Part shown: positions 1-8,166 of the stretch, piece by piece
Layout: every line of letters begins with the position of its first letter
Position numbering within the stretch: position 1 is the stretch's first letter
Assembly (NCBI RefSeq): GCF_014211975.1
Contig: NZ_CP060084.1
Span: 178,314-210,313, forward strand
Length of the DNA stretch: 32,000 bases
From: Teredinibacter haidensis
GTDB taxonomy: Bacteria > Pseudomonadota > Gammaproteobacteria > Pseudomonadales > Cellvibrionaceae
Direction of reading: 5' to 3'
Position numbers and translations under genes: made by a program
The notes under the pieces: generated by a model
Database searches by the model: none
Told to the model about the DNA's origin: nothing
What the model saw: the letters and a program-made list of their open reading frames with translations, nothing else

Positions 1-140
1 TCGTGTGCCAGACAAGTACATTTACCGCACTGGGTGGCAACACCCAATTGATCTTGCACAGCGGCAAGGCTATCGGCGCCGTTACTCACCGCATCGCGGA
101 TATCGGAGTCTTTAATGCCTTTACACAAACATACGTACAT
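1..140 (-). CDS. bfd: Bacterioferritin-associated ferredoxin (BFD-like [2Fe-2S] protein), N-terminal 46 codons; 3' end lies beyond the window edge
   Basis: Reverse-strand ATG at 138-140. Hand translation MYVCLCKGIKDSDIRDAVSNGADSLAAVQDQLGVATQCGKCTCLAH has the MYVCLC start and the CxC...CxxC cysteine spacing of E. coli Bfd. It is absent from the ORF track because there is no stop inside the window. Confidence 0.75.
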   Translation of the reverse strand, partial: MYVCLCKGIKDSDIRDAVSNGADSLAAVQDQLGVATQCGKCTCLAH

Positions 141-558
141 AGCTTTTCTGAATACTCTTAACCAGTATGGACTAACGGGTGGTTAGTTAGTGAACAATAC
201 CAAGGTTAGTGCTAATGGGAATGATTGTCAATTAGTTTTGTGATTGGTTTTTGCCTTGAATCAATGATTTCGGTTATAAGCTGTGCCACGGGTAAAGCTG
301 TTTTCTCGTGTACTTGGCGGCGGTAATAGCTCTATGTCAGTTATATCCAAGTTGGTAAGGCTATTAGTATTTTTCGGCCTTAGTGATATATAAAATTAAT
401 GAAGAGTTGGTGAGTTGGGTGTGTATTATTACCCCTCACTATGAGTGTTGACGTGTTGATTGGCTGTTGTTTGAGCGCCGATAACATGTCAGCAGATCCA
501 TCCAAAGAACACACATCTTTTCCATTCGTTTTACTAACAGTTATCAAGGGAGATAAAA

Positions 559-1161
559 ATGGGCGTACTAGTCGGAAAATCTGCTCCAGACTTCACAGCA
601 CCTGCCGTTTTGGGCAGCGGTGAAATTGTTGACTCTTTCAGTTTCGCGGAAGCGACAAAAGGCAAGAAGGCCGTTGTTTTCTTCTATCCATTGGACTTTA
701 CCTTTGTATGTCCTTCCGAGTTGTTGGCTTTCGATCACCGTATAGCTGAGTTCGAAAAGCGCGGTGTTGAAGTTATTGGTGTTTCTATCGATTCTCACTT
801 TTCTCACAACGCATGGCGTAATACTGCAATTAACGACGGTGGTATTGGCCCAGTGAAGTACACTCTGGTTGCCGATATCACACACGCTATTTGTCAAGCC
901 TATGACGTTGAATCGGAAGGTGGTGTTGCTTTCCGTGGCTCTTTCCTGATCGACGAAGATGGTTTGGTTCGTCACCAGGTTGTCAACGATTTGCCTTTGG
1001 GTCGTAATGTTGATGAGATGCTGCGCATGGTTGACGCGTTGGCGTTCCATCAGGAGCACGGTGAAGTATGTCCTGCGGGTTGGCAGGAAGGTGATTCTGG
1101 TATGGACGCTTCTCCAGAAGGCGTTGCCAAGTACCTGTCTGAGAATGCCGAAAGCCTGTAA
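559..1161 (+). CDS. Typical 2-Cys peroxiredoxin (AhpC/TSA family)
   Basis: 200 aa. Peroxidatic Cys motif DFTFVCPSE and resolving Cys in GEVCPAGW. GGGAG Shine-Dalgarno about 7 nt upstream of the ATG. No ahpF partner follows. Confidence 0.9.
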   Translation: MGVLVGKSAPDFTAPAVLGSGEIVDSFSFAEATKGKKAVVFFYPLDFTFVCPSELLAFDHRIAEFEKRGVEVIGVSIDSHFSHNAWRNTAINDGGIGPVKYTLVADITHAICQAYDVESEGGVAFRGSFLIDEDGLVRHQVVNDLPLGRNVDEMLRMVDALAFHQEHGEVCPAGWQEGDSGMDASPEGVAKYLSENAESL

Positions 1162-1180
1162 GCTTTTAGCTATACGAAGA

Positions 1181-1209
1181 AAAAGCCAGTGTTACACTGG
1201 CTTTTTTTG
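1181..1209. terminator. Rho-independent terminator between convergent genes, likely bidirectional
   Basis: GCCAGTG-TTA-CACTGGC hairpin (1185-1201), flanked by an A-run upstream and a T7 run downstream. It lies between the peroxiredoxin stop (1161) and the reverse-strand transglycosylase stop (1270). Confidence 0.8.
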
Positions 1210-1269
1210 GCTTTCATTTTATCGAAAGAGCCTTCGAGTTTGGAGTAGCCAATGGATTGCCCACAAGAG

Positions 1270-1854
1270 CTACCGCCAATTTTTACTCCACGCATCAATC
1301 ACTTTGCTCGAATAGGTATAGCGTCCATAGCTGCCATTGTAGCGAGCCAGGGCGTTGGCCCAGTGGCCTTTTTCTTTGTCGAGATAATGTTTGAGAATGG
1401 TACAGCCGTATTTAAGGTTGGTAACTAGATCAATTAAATTGTCGCTGTCTCGTCCAATTTCATGCTTCCAAAAAGGCATGATCTGCATCATACCCTGCGC
1501 GCCCACGCGAGATACCGCATAGCGATTGAAGTGACTTTCGATTTGAATAACGGCCAGTACAAATTCTGGTGGCAACTTTGCCCGCTTGGCTGCGCGATGA
1601 ACTTCTTTTAAGACGTTTAATCGGTAATCCGTGTCGGCTATATATTTTTCGAGAACAGTGGATTTTTGCATAAGCCAGACTTCGGCATCGAAACGGTCCT
1701 CAAAGCTGTCGGCTTCGGAAATAGTTTGCAGTAGTTTTTGGCGAAGCTCGTCGTCTACCTGCTCGAGATTGGCATGGCCAGGGAGAGAGCTCAGTAATAG
1801 GCCCGTATAAAAAACGGTGTAAAGTATGAGTTTTAGTGTACGGGCCGGGTTCAT
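1270..1854 (-). CDS. Secreted lytic transglycosylase (SLT domain protein)
   Basis: 194 aa with an N-terminal hydrophobic signal peptide (LLLSSLPGHA). SLT catalytic block AVIQIESHFNRYAVSRVGAQGMMQIMP. It starts 4 nt after the proS stop, so it is probably co-transcribed with proS. Confidence 0.8.
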   Translation of the reverse strand: MNPARTLKLILYTVFYTGLLLSSLPGHANLEQVDDELRQKLLQTISEADSFEDRFDAEVWLMQKSTVLEKYIADTDYRLNVLKEVHRAAKRAKLPPEFVLAVIQIESHFNRYAVSRVGAQGMMQIMPFWKHEIGRDSDNLIDLVTNLKYGCTILKHYLDKEKGHWANALARYNGSYGRYTYSSKVIDAWSKNWR

Positions 1855-1858
1855 AGTT

Positions 1859-3589
1859 CTAAAGGGTTATATTGTTTTTTAGGAAATCAACAATTTGCTC
1901 AAGGGCAATTTGCTGGTTGTCGCTATCGCGGCGGCCTTTGTATTCGATATTGCCTTCTTTCAAGCCGCGGTCGCCAACCACAATGCGGTGGGGAATACCC
2001 ATTAATTCAATATCCGCCAGCATGGCGCCCAAGCGCGCTTTGTTTTCGTCCATTAACAAAACATCGTAGCCAAGGGTCTGGAGTTCCGCGTAGAGTTGTT
2101 CACACTTTTCGGCAACGGCTTCAGATTTGTGCATGTTGATGGGCACAATCGCAATATGGAAAGGTGCAATGGCCTCCGGCCAAATAATACCGTTTTCGTC
2201 GTAATTCTGCTCAATGGCAGACGCCACAATGCGCGAAACTCCAATGCCGTAGCAGCCCATTATCATCGTGATATCTTTACCGTTTTCATTTAGTACGGTC
2301 GCTTTCATGGCCTCGGAGTATTTGGTTCCCAGTTGAAAAATATGGCCAACTTCAATGCCGCGTTTGATTTCCAGGGTGCCTTTTCCGTCGGGGCTGGGAT
2401 CACCGACAACAACGTTGCGAAGATCTTCTACGCGTATGTAATTTGCCTGCCCTTCTTTCCAGTTCACATCAGTCAAGTGGGCGTCGGTTTTGTTCGCGCC
2501 GCAAACGAAATTGACGGCGGCAGCGGCGGAACGGTCAGCGATTACCGCGATGCCTAAACCAATTGGGCCAAGAGAACCGACTTCTGCGCCCAGTTCGTCT
2601 TTAATGCGTTCTTCGGGTGCAAAGGTAAGGGGCTCGGCTACTTCTGGTAGTTTCGCAGCTTTAACGGCGTTTAGCGTGTGATCACCACGCAGCACTATAG
2701 CGACCAGCGGTTGGGTTTCACCATCTTCAGCATCACCCAATACCACCAGCGTTTTAAGTGTGTTTTTGGCTTCTACGTTTAAGAATGTTGCGACTTCTTC
2801 GATCGTTTTTTGTCCGGGGGTGGCGACTTCTTTCATGTCATCCGCAAGTTCAGCATCGCTGGGTAGGGGGGCAACCGCCTCGGCCATTTCTATATTTGCG
2901 GCGTAGCTGCTCTCGGAGCTAAAGGCGATATCGTCTTCACCGCTATCGGCAAGAACATGAAATTCGTGGGAGCCAGAACCGCCGATGGAGCCAGTGTCGG
3001 CCAGCACGGGGCGATACTCTAGGCCAATGCGATCGAAGATCTTGCAGTAGGCGCTGTGCATGACATCGTAGGTTTGCTGCAGAGATTCCTGGGAGGCGTG
3101 AAAAGAGTAGGCGTCTTTCATCAGGAATTCGCGCGCGCGCATAACGCCAAAGCGGGGGCGAACCTCATCGCGAAATTTGGTTTGAATCTGGTAAAAGTTC
3201 GCGGGTAGCTGTTTATAGCTCTTTATTTCGTTGCGAACTAGGTCGGTAATGACTTCCTCATGGGTTGGACCCAGGCAGAACGAGCGATCGTGACGGTCCT
3301 TTATGCGCAATAACTCGGGTCCGTATTGTTGCCAGCGTCCGGATTCTTCCCACAGCTCGGAAGGCTGAACGACGGGCATTAGTAGTTCCTGGGAGCCGGA
3401 TTTGTCCATTTCTTCGCGTACAATATTTTCTACTTTACGTAATACGCGCAAGCCTACCGGCAGCCAGTTGTACAGGCCCGAGGCCATTTTGCGGATCATA
3501 CCCGCTTTTAGCATCAGTTTGTGGCTAATAACCTCGGCGTCGGCTGGGGTCTCTTTTTGGGTGGCAATCAGGTACTGACTGGTACGCAT
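1859..3589 (-). CDS. proS: Prolyl-tRNA synthetase (bacterial type with editing domain)
   Basis: 576 aa. Near-colinear with E. coli ProS from [21 protein letters not shown] through [20 protein letters not shown] and the class II motifs. AAGGA SD upstream of the ATG at 3589. Confidence 0.97.
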   Translation of the reverse strand: MRTSQYLIATQKETPADAEVISHKLMLKAGMIRKMASGLYNWLPVGLRVLRKVENIVREEMDKSGSQELLMPVVQPSELWEESGRWQQYGPELLRIKDRHDRSFCLGPTHEEVITDLVRNEIKSYKQLPANFYQIQTKFRDEVRPRFGVMRAREFLMKDAYSFHASQESLQQTYDVMHSAYCKIFDRIGLEYRPVLADTGSIGGSGSHEFHVLADSGEDDIAFSSESSYAANIEMAEAVAPLPSDAELADDMKEVATPGQKTIEEVATFLNVEAKNTLKTLVVLGDAEDGETQPLVAIVLRGDHTLNAVKAAKLPEVAEPLTFAPEERIKDELGAEVGSLGPIGLGIAVIADRSAAAAVNFVCGANKTDAHLTDVNWKEGQANYIRVEDLRNVVVGDPSPDGKGTLEIKRGIEVGHIFQLGTKYSEAMKATVLNENGKDITMIMGCYGIGVSRIVASAIEQNYDENGIIWPEAIAPFHIAIVPINMHKSEAVAEKCEQLYAELQTLGYDVLLMDENKARLGAMLADIELMGIPHRIVVGDRGLKEGNIEYKGRRDSDNQQIALEQIVDFLKNNITL

Positions 3590-3751
3590 GTGAATCCTTA
3601 AGCTGTAGAATCAGGAAAAGTTATACTTACTTTGGCTAGACTTTAGATAGATCCAAAGATAGCCCGGTATTTTACGGCGCCTATAAGACTGTGGACAAGT
3701 CTAAAACTTCGGTGTTTGTATAAAGCTTACTGGTTTTAATGAGGAGATAAT

Positions 3752-4216
3752 ATGTTTGAACTTCATCCGCAACTCGTGCAAGACACGGTACCCCTGGGGC
3801 AATTTAAGCTATCACTGGTGCTGCTTCACAAGGATGCCAATTATCCCTGGTGCGTACTGGTTCCAAAGCGATCGGGAATTCGAGAAATCCACCATTTGAG
3901 TGTGGTTGATCAGCAGCAGTTGATACGTGAGTCGAGCCACCTGTCGGAGGTTATGACATCCCTGTTTGCACCTACAACTATGAATATTGCGGCATTGGGT
4001 AATATTGTGCAGCAGCTTCATGTCCACCATGTGGCCAGATATGACGGTGATGCAGCCTGGCCCGCATCTGTTTGGGGTGTCAAAGCGCCCGTCGAATATG
4101 AGTCGGGTGCGCTTGCTCATCGAGTGGAGCGCCTGCAGGATTCACTGGTAGGAGAAGGTTTTGAGGCGCAGACCATGGTGGATGACAGTAATAGTTCGCC
4201 AGGTTTTACGCCTTAG
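3752..4216 (+). CDS. HIT (histidine triad) family hydrolase-like protein
   Basis: 154 aa. Histidine cluster QQLHVHHVARYDGD at the position of the HIT motif. AGGAG SD 6 nt upstream. Substrate unknown. Confidence 0.75.
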   Translation: MFELHPQLVQDTVPLGQFKLSLVLLHKDANYPWCVLVPKRSGIREIHHLSVVDQQQLIRESSHLSEVMTSLFAPTTMNIAALGNIVQQLHVHHVARYDGDAAWPASVWGVKAPVEYESGALAHRVERLQDSLVGEGFEAQTMVDDSNSSPGFTP

Positions 4217-4221
4217 TAGAG

Positions 4222-4269
4222 CAGCAGATACAAAAAAGCCCGCTTCTGCGGGCTTTTTTGTATCTGCTG
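4222..4269. terminator. Bidirectional Rho-independent terminator (perfect 22-bp-arm hairpin)
   Basis: CAGCAGATACAAAAAAGCCCGC-TTCT-GCGGGCTTTTTTGTATCTGCTG. The GC core GCCCGC/GCGGGC is flanked by A6/T6. It lies between the convergent HIT gene and the HU-like gene. Confidence 0.85.
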
Positions 4270-4283
4270 AAGAGTCGAAAGGC

Positions 4284-4703
4284 TTATTCTGCCATTTCTT
4301 TCAGTTTCTTCAGTGGGCGCAGTTTAACCTGGATGCTGGCGGGCTTGGCAGCAAACATGGCCTCTTCACCGGTAAAGGGATTTATTCCTTTGCGAGCTTT
4401 GCGGGCAGGCTTTTTCACGGTCACAATTTTGAACAGGCCGGGCATAACGAATTCACCGCAAGCGCGCTTTTTGATGTGACCTTCGATAATGTCGGTCAGC
4501 TGGTCTAGAACCGCACTAACGTCCTTCTTGGGGAGTTCAGTGCTTTCGGCGATCTGGGTAAGAATTTGTGTTTTTGAGAAACGCTCTTTAACCGCTACGA
4601 TCTTTTTAACAGGAGCGGCTTTTGCAGCGGCTTTTACTGGAGCTTTCTTTACGGGTGCTTTACGGGCTGGGGCCTTTTTTGCTGGTGCCTTACGTGCTGC
4701 CAT
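4284..4703 (-). CDS. HU/IHF-fold DNA-binding protein with N-terminal Lys/Ala/Pro-rich histone H1-like tail
   Basis: The C-terminal ~90 aa show the HU fold signature (FSKTQILTQIAE...GINPFTGEEAMFAAKPASIQVKLRPLKKLKE). The N-terminus is AARKAPAKKAPARKAPVKKAPVKAAAKAAPVKK. I prefer the ATG at 4703 (GAGG SD 7 nt upstream) over the track start at 4733. Confidence 0.8.
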   Translation of the reverse strand: MAARKAPAKKAPARKAPVKKAPVKAAAKAAPVKKIVAVKERFSKTQILTQIAESTELPKKDVSAVLDQLTDIIEGHIKKRACGEFVMPGLFKIVTVKKPARKARKGINPFTGEEAMFAAKPASIQVKLRPLKKLKEMAE

Positions 4704-4813
4704 AGGTAAACCTCGGGTTTTATTTGTTATCAATAGAAATTGTTGGCGGCATATTCAGTCTGTTATATACGGAGCAAATACGTCCTTTATCGAGCGGTGC
4801 CGCGCCTGGGGTA

Positions 4814-4842
4814 TATATAGTGTATTCAAACCCGTGCAGCAA
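4814..4842 (-). promoter_or_regulatory. Candidate sigma70 promoter for the HU-like gene
   Basis: On the reverse strand: TTGCTG, 17 nt spacer, TATATA. Phased A5 tracts (reverse strand of 4867-4889) sit just upstream, resembling an UP element or bent DNA. Sequence pattern only. Confidence 0.3.
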
Positions 4843-5088
4843 CAAAAAAGTGCTATATATAAGGACTTTTTGCCTTTTTGGCTGTTTTTAGCTCACCGTA
4901 TAGGGGCCTGGCGCTGGAATAGTTGCCGTATTAGGTAGTGTGTCGTCACAAGATCCCGGTGCCGTGATTACACTACCGCTGGTCACGCCTTCATCAATGC
5001 CGGGGGCTGGGGTATAATGCCCCGCTTTTTTTGTGAGATCGAAGCTGTTGAGCAATTTTGGGGTTTAACAGCGTGGAGTTAGAAATTT

Positions 5089-5376
5089 ATGCCCATTTAT
5101 GAATATCGCTGTGAGAGTTGTGGCCACGAGCTGGAAGCTCTACAGAAAATGAGTGATTCACCTTTGGTGGATTGCCCTGAATGTAACGATGCCGGTTTGA
5201 AAAAGAAGGTCTCAGCGGCGGCTTTTCGCCTGAAAGGTGGTGGCTGGTACGAGACTGATTATAAGTCGGGAAAGAAAAAGAACCTTGCCAGCAATGATTC
5301 TTCCTCGCCCACGAGCAGTCAATCGGATACCAAAGCGCCTTCTAGCAACGGTACCGGCAAGCCGAATAAGAGCTAG
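5089..5376 (+). CDS. FmdB/CxxC_CxxC_SSSS-type zinc-ribbon protein with Ser/Lys-rich tail
   Basis: 95 aa. Starts MPIYEYRCESCGHE...DCPECN (two CxxC pairs), followed by a low-complexity tail. GGAG SD upstream. Confidence 0.8.
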   Translation: MPIYEYRCESCGHELEALQKMSDSPLVDCPECNDAGLKKKVSAAAFRLKGGGWYETDYKSGKKKNLASNDSSSPTSSQSDTKAPSSNGTGKPNKS

Positions 5377-5426
5377 GCAGGTGTTAATTGCTAAATGAAA
5401 TTATTAAACTTACGGGAATAGAAACC

Positions 5427-7232
5427 ATGCGCAGTGTCTACTGTGGCGTATTAGAAGCGTCCAATATTGATGAAGAAGTAACCTTATGCGGTTGGGTAGA
5501 TCGCCGTCGTGATCACGGTGGAGTAATTTTTATTGATCTGCGCGATCGAGAGGGCATTGTGCAGGTCGTGTTCGATCCCGACGGGGAAGAAAACTTTGCG
5601 CTGGCAGATAAAGTGCGGCCCGAATATGTCTTGCAGGTAACCGGTAAGGTTCGCGCACGCACGGAATCTACCGTTAACTCTAATATGGCAACCGGTGAAG
5701 TAGAGGTCTACGGTACCGGTCTGCAAATTCTGAACAGTGCGGAAACACCTCCTTTTCAGCTGGACTCTCATATTTCCGTTGGTGAAGATGTGCGCTTAAA
5801 GTACCGTTACCTGGATTTGCGTCGCCAGGAAATGCAGCGCAATTTGTATTTCCGCTCTAAGGTGACAACAGCCATCCGGAATTATATGGATGAGCACGGC
5901 TTTCTCGATATCGAAACTCCAATTTTGACTCGGGCTACCCCAGAGGGGGCTCGCGACTACTTGGTGCCTTCCCGTACTCACGACGGCAAGTTCTTCGCGT
6001 TGCCGCAATCTCCCCAGCTGTTTAAACAGTTGCTGATGGTTTCGGGTTTTGATCGTTATTACCAGATAGCCAAGTGTTTTCGCGATGAAGATTTACGTGC
6101 TGATCGTCAGCCAGAATTTACTCAGATCGATATTGAAACATCGTTCATGGATGAAGACGGCATTATGTCTGTTACCGAGGACATGATTCGCAAACTATTT
6201 AAAGACTTAATGGGTGTGGACCTCGGCGATTTTCCGCGTATGCCTTATGCCGAGGCGATGGAACGATATGGTTCCGATAAGCCGGATATGCGTATTCCGC
6301 TGGAAATGATCGAAATAAAAGATTTGATGAAAGATGTAGAGTTTAAAGTTTTCTCTGCTCCGGCGAACGATCCGAAAGGTCGCGTAACCGCGATGAAGGT
6401 ACCTAAAGGTGGTGAAATCCCTCGCAAGAAAATTGATGCTTACACTAAGTTTGTGTCTATCTACGGTGCTAAAGGTCTGGCGTACATCAAGGTTAATGAT
6501 AAAGACGATCTGGAGAATGGCCTGCAATCACCCATTGTTAAGTTCTTGCCCGCAGGTGTGTGTAAAGCCATCCTGGAGCGTGTGGGAGCCGAAAACGGCG
6601 ATTTAATCTTCTTCGGGGCTGATAGCTATAAAGTGGTTTCTGAGGCGCTGGGCGCGCTGCGCTGCAAACTGGGTGAAGATCTGGAATTGTACACCTGCGA
6701 TTGGTCCCCTCTTTGGGTTATCGACTTCCCCATGTTTGAAGAAATCGATAACGGCGGTTTAACGGCGCTGCATCACCCGTTTACCGCTCCATCCTGTACA
6801 CCTGAAGAACTGAACGCTAACCCTGCTGTCGCGCTCTCCCGCGCATACGATATGGTTTTGAACGGCTGCGAGTTGGGCGGTGGCTCTGTGCGTATTCACG
6901 ATCAGAAAATGCAGCAAGCTGTATTTGAGATTCTCGGGATTGAAGAGGATGAGCAGCGCGAAAAGTTTGGTTTCCTGCTGGATGCATTAAAATACGGTGC
7001 TCCACCCCATGGTGGGCTGGCCTTCGGTCTTGACCGTTTGATTATGTTGATGACTGGTTCTGACTCGATTCGCGATGTTATTGCTTTTCCGAAAACGCAG
7101 TCTGCCGCTTGTGTGATGACAGATGCTCCGGGAGCCGTGGATAGTGATCAACTGAAAGAGTTACATATTCGCCTGCGAGCGAAGCCTCAGCCCCAGAGTG
7201 CTGAAGGTTCAGGCGAAAAAACGGAAAAATAA
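5427..7232 (+). CDS. aspS: Aspartyl-tRNA synthetase
   Basis: MRSVYCGVL...[34 protein letters not shown] aligns to the E. coli AspRS N-terminus MRTEYCGQL. The true start is therefore the ATG at 5427, not the TTG at 5388. Class II motifs are present ([27 protein letters not shown]). Confidence 0.95.
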   Translation: MRSVYCGVLEASNIDEEVTLCGWVDRRRDHGGVIFIDLRDREGIVQVVFDPDGEENFALADKVRPEYVLQVTGKVRARTESTVNSNMATGEVEVYGTGLQILNSAETPPFQLDSHISVGEDVRLKYRYLDLRRQEMQRNLYFRSKVTTAIRNYMDEHGFLDIETPILTRATPEGARDYLVPSRTHDGKFFALPQSPQLFKQLLMVSGFDRYYQIAKCFRDEDLRADRQPEFTQIDIETSFMDEDGIMSVTEDMIRKLFKDLMGVDLGDFPRMPYAEAMERYGSDKPDMRIPLEMIEIKDLMKDVEFKVFSAPANDPKGRVTAMKVPKGGEIPRKKIDAYTKFVSIYGAKGLAYIKVNDKDDLENGLQSPIVKFLPAGVCKAILERVGAENGDLIFFGADSYKVVSEALGALRCKLGEDLELYTCDWSPLWVIDFPMFEEIDNGGLTALHHPFTAPSCTPEELNANPAVALSRAYDMVLNGCELGGGSVRIHDQKMQQAVFEILGIEEDEQREKFGFLLDALKYGAPPHGGLAFGLDRLIMLMTGSDSIRDVIAFPKTQSAACVMTDAPGAVDSDQLKELHIRLRAKPQPQSAEGSGEKTEK

Positions 7233-7247
7233 AACGGGTAAAAAACA

Positions 7248-7988
7248 ATGGCGGGTCACAGTAAGTGGGCGAACACCAAGCACCGTAAGGCTGCGCAAGA
7301 TGCTAAACGCGCGAAGACATTTACCAAAATTATTCGCGAGTTAACGGTTGCGGCCAAAGCTGGAGGTAATCCGGAAGACAATCCCAAGCTGCGGGCAACC
7401 ATCGATAAAGCGCTGGGTGCAAATATGAAGCGCGATACTATCGATAAAGCGGTTGCCCGCGGTGCCGGCGGTGCGGATGGTGAAAGCTATGATGAGATTA
7501 CTTACGAGGGGTACGGTGTCGGTGGTGTTGCAGTGTTGGTTGAATGTCTTACCGATAATCGTAACCGTACTGTTTCCGAAGTGCGCCATGCCTTTGTTAA
7601 GCGCGGTGGGAATTTGGGAACCGATGGATCTGTGGCCTACCTGTTCACCCGCAAGGGGCAAATTAGTTTTGCTCCGGGTATCGATGAAGATCAGGTAATG
7701 GAGGTTGCGTTGGATGCCGGGGCAGAAGATGTCGAGTCTAATGACGATGGCTCCCTGGATGTGACTACAGCTTTCGAGGGTTACCTGGGGGTTAAAGAGG
7801 CGATGGTTGCTTCTGGTCTGGAGCCCGCCAATGCAGAAGTCGCTATGATTGCTTCAGTGCAAGTACCTATTGCTACGCAGGAAGATGCTGATAAAACCCT
7901 GGCGCTGATCGATATGCTCGAAGATCTGGATGATGTGCAGAGTGTTTTTACTAACGCCGATATTCCAGACAAATTTTTCGGCGAATAG
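7248..7988 (+). CDS. yebC: YebC/PmpR family DNA-binding transcriptional regulator
   Basis: 246 aa. Canonical N-terminus [21 protein letters not shown]. Conserved position directly after aspS. Confidence 0.93.
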   Translation: MAGHSKWANTKHRKAAQDAKRAKTFTKIIRELTVAAKAGGNPEDNPKLRATIDKALGANMKRDTIDKAVARGAGGADGESYDEITYEGYGVGGVAVLVECLTDNRNRTVSEVRHAFVKRGGNLGTDGSVAYLFTRKGQISFAPGIDEDQVMEVALDAGAEDVESNDDGSLDVTTAFEGYLGVKEAMVASGLEPANAEVAMIASVQVPIATQEDADKTLALIDMLEDLDDVQSVFTNADIPDKFFGE

Positions 7989-8020
7989 CTCTTTTTCTTA
8001 GCTGCGAACTCTTCTCTGTT

Positions 8021-8058
8021 AAAAATGACCGGTAAACAATTGTTTGCCGGTCATTTTT
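8021..8058 (+). terminator. Rho-independent terminator after yebC
   Basis: ATGACCGGTAAACA / TGTTTGCCGGTCAT inverted repeat (one G-U pair) followed by TTTT. An A-run precedes it. Confidence 0.65.
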
Positions 8059-8166
8059 CTAAAATTCCCCTTTAAACTTGCCTCTCTTTGTTTTCGCTCT
8101 ATTGCTCTTTTAGTGTGATTTCATGCAGACTGTTTTTATCTTTCAGCCAAGCATAAGTCTTCTATT

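Noticed and set aside
321-370. ATAG/CTAT tetranucleotides (for example ATAGCTCTAT at 326-335) as a possible OxyR site upstream of the peroxiredoxin gene
   Set aside because: The spacing does not fit the OxyR ATAG-N7-CTAT-N7-ATAG-N7-CTAT register. The elements are 2 nt apart and the expected partner positions do not match.
441-623. 60-aa ORF in the bfd-peroxiredoxin intergenic region
   Set aside because: It overlaps the peroxiredoxin start and SD in another frame. It has no SD, an odd composition and no motifs. It is most likely non-coding promoter or leader DNA.
4161-4938. Forward-strand ORFs 4161-4508, 4258-4479 and 4489-4938
   Set aside because: They run across the 22-bp-arm terminator or antisense to the HU-like gene. 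The Ala/Gly/Phe-rich translations are mirror images of the Lys/Ala/Pro repeats on the true coding strand.
5388-5426. Upstream-extended starts given by the ORF track: aspS 5388, SPOR 11078, secE 12642, nusG 12923, rplA 14149, rpsL 24997, HU-like 4733
   Set aside because: Alignment of the N-termini to well-known orthologues (AspRS MR.EYCG, NusG M..RWYVV, L1 MA.LTK, S12 MATINQL) and SD positions support the internal ATGs. The extensions overlap upstream genes or start at TTG with no SD.
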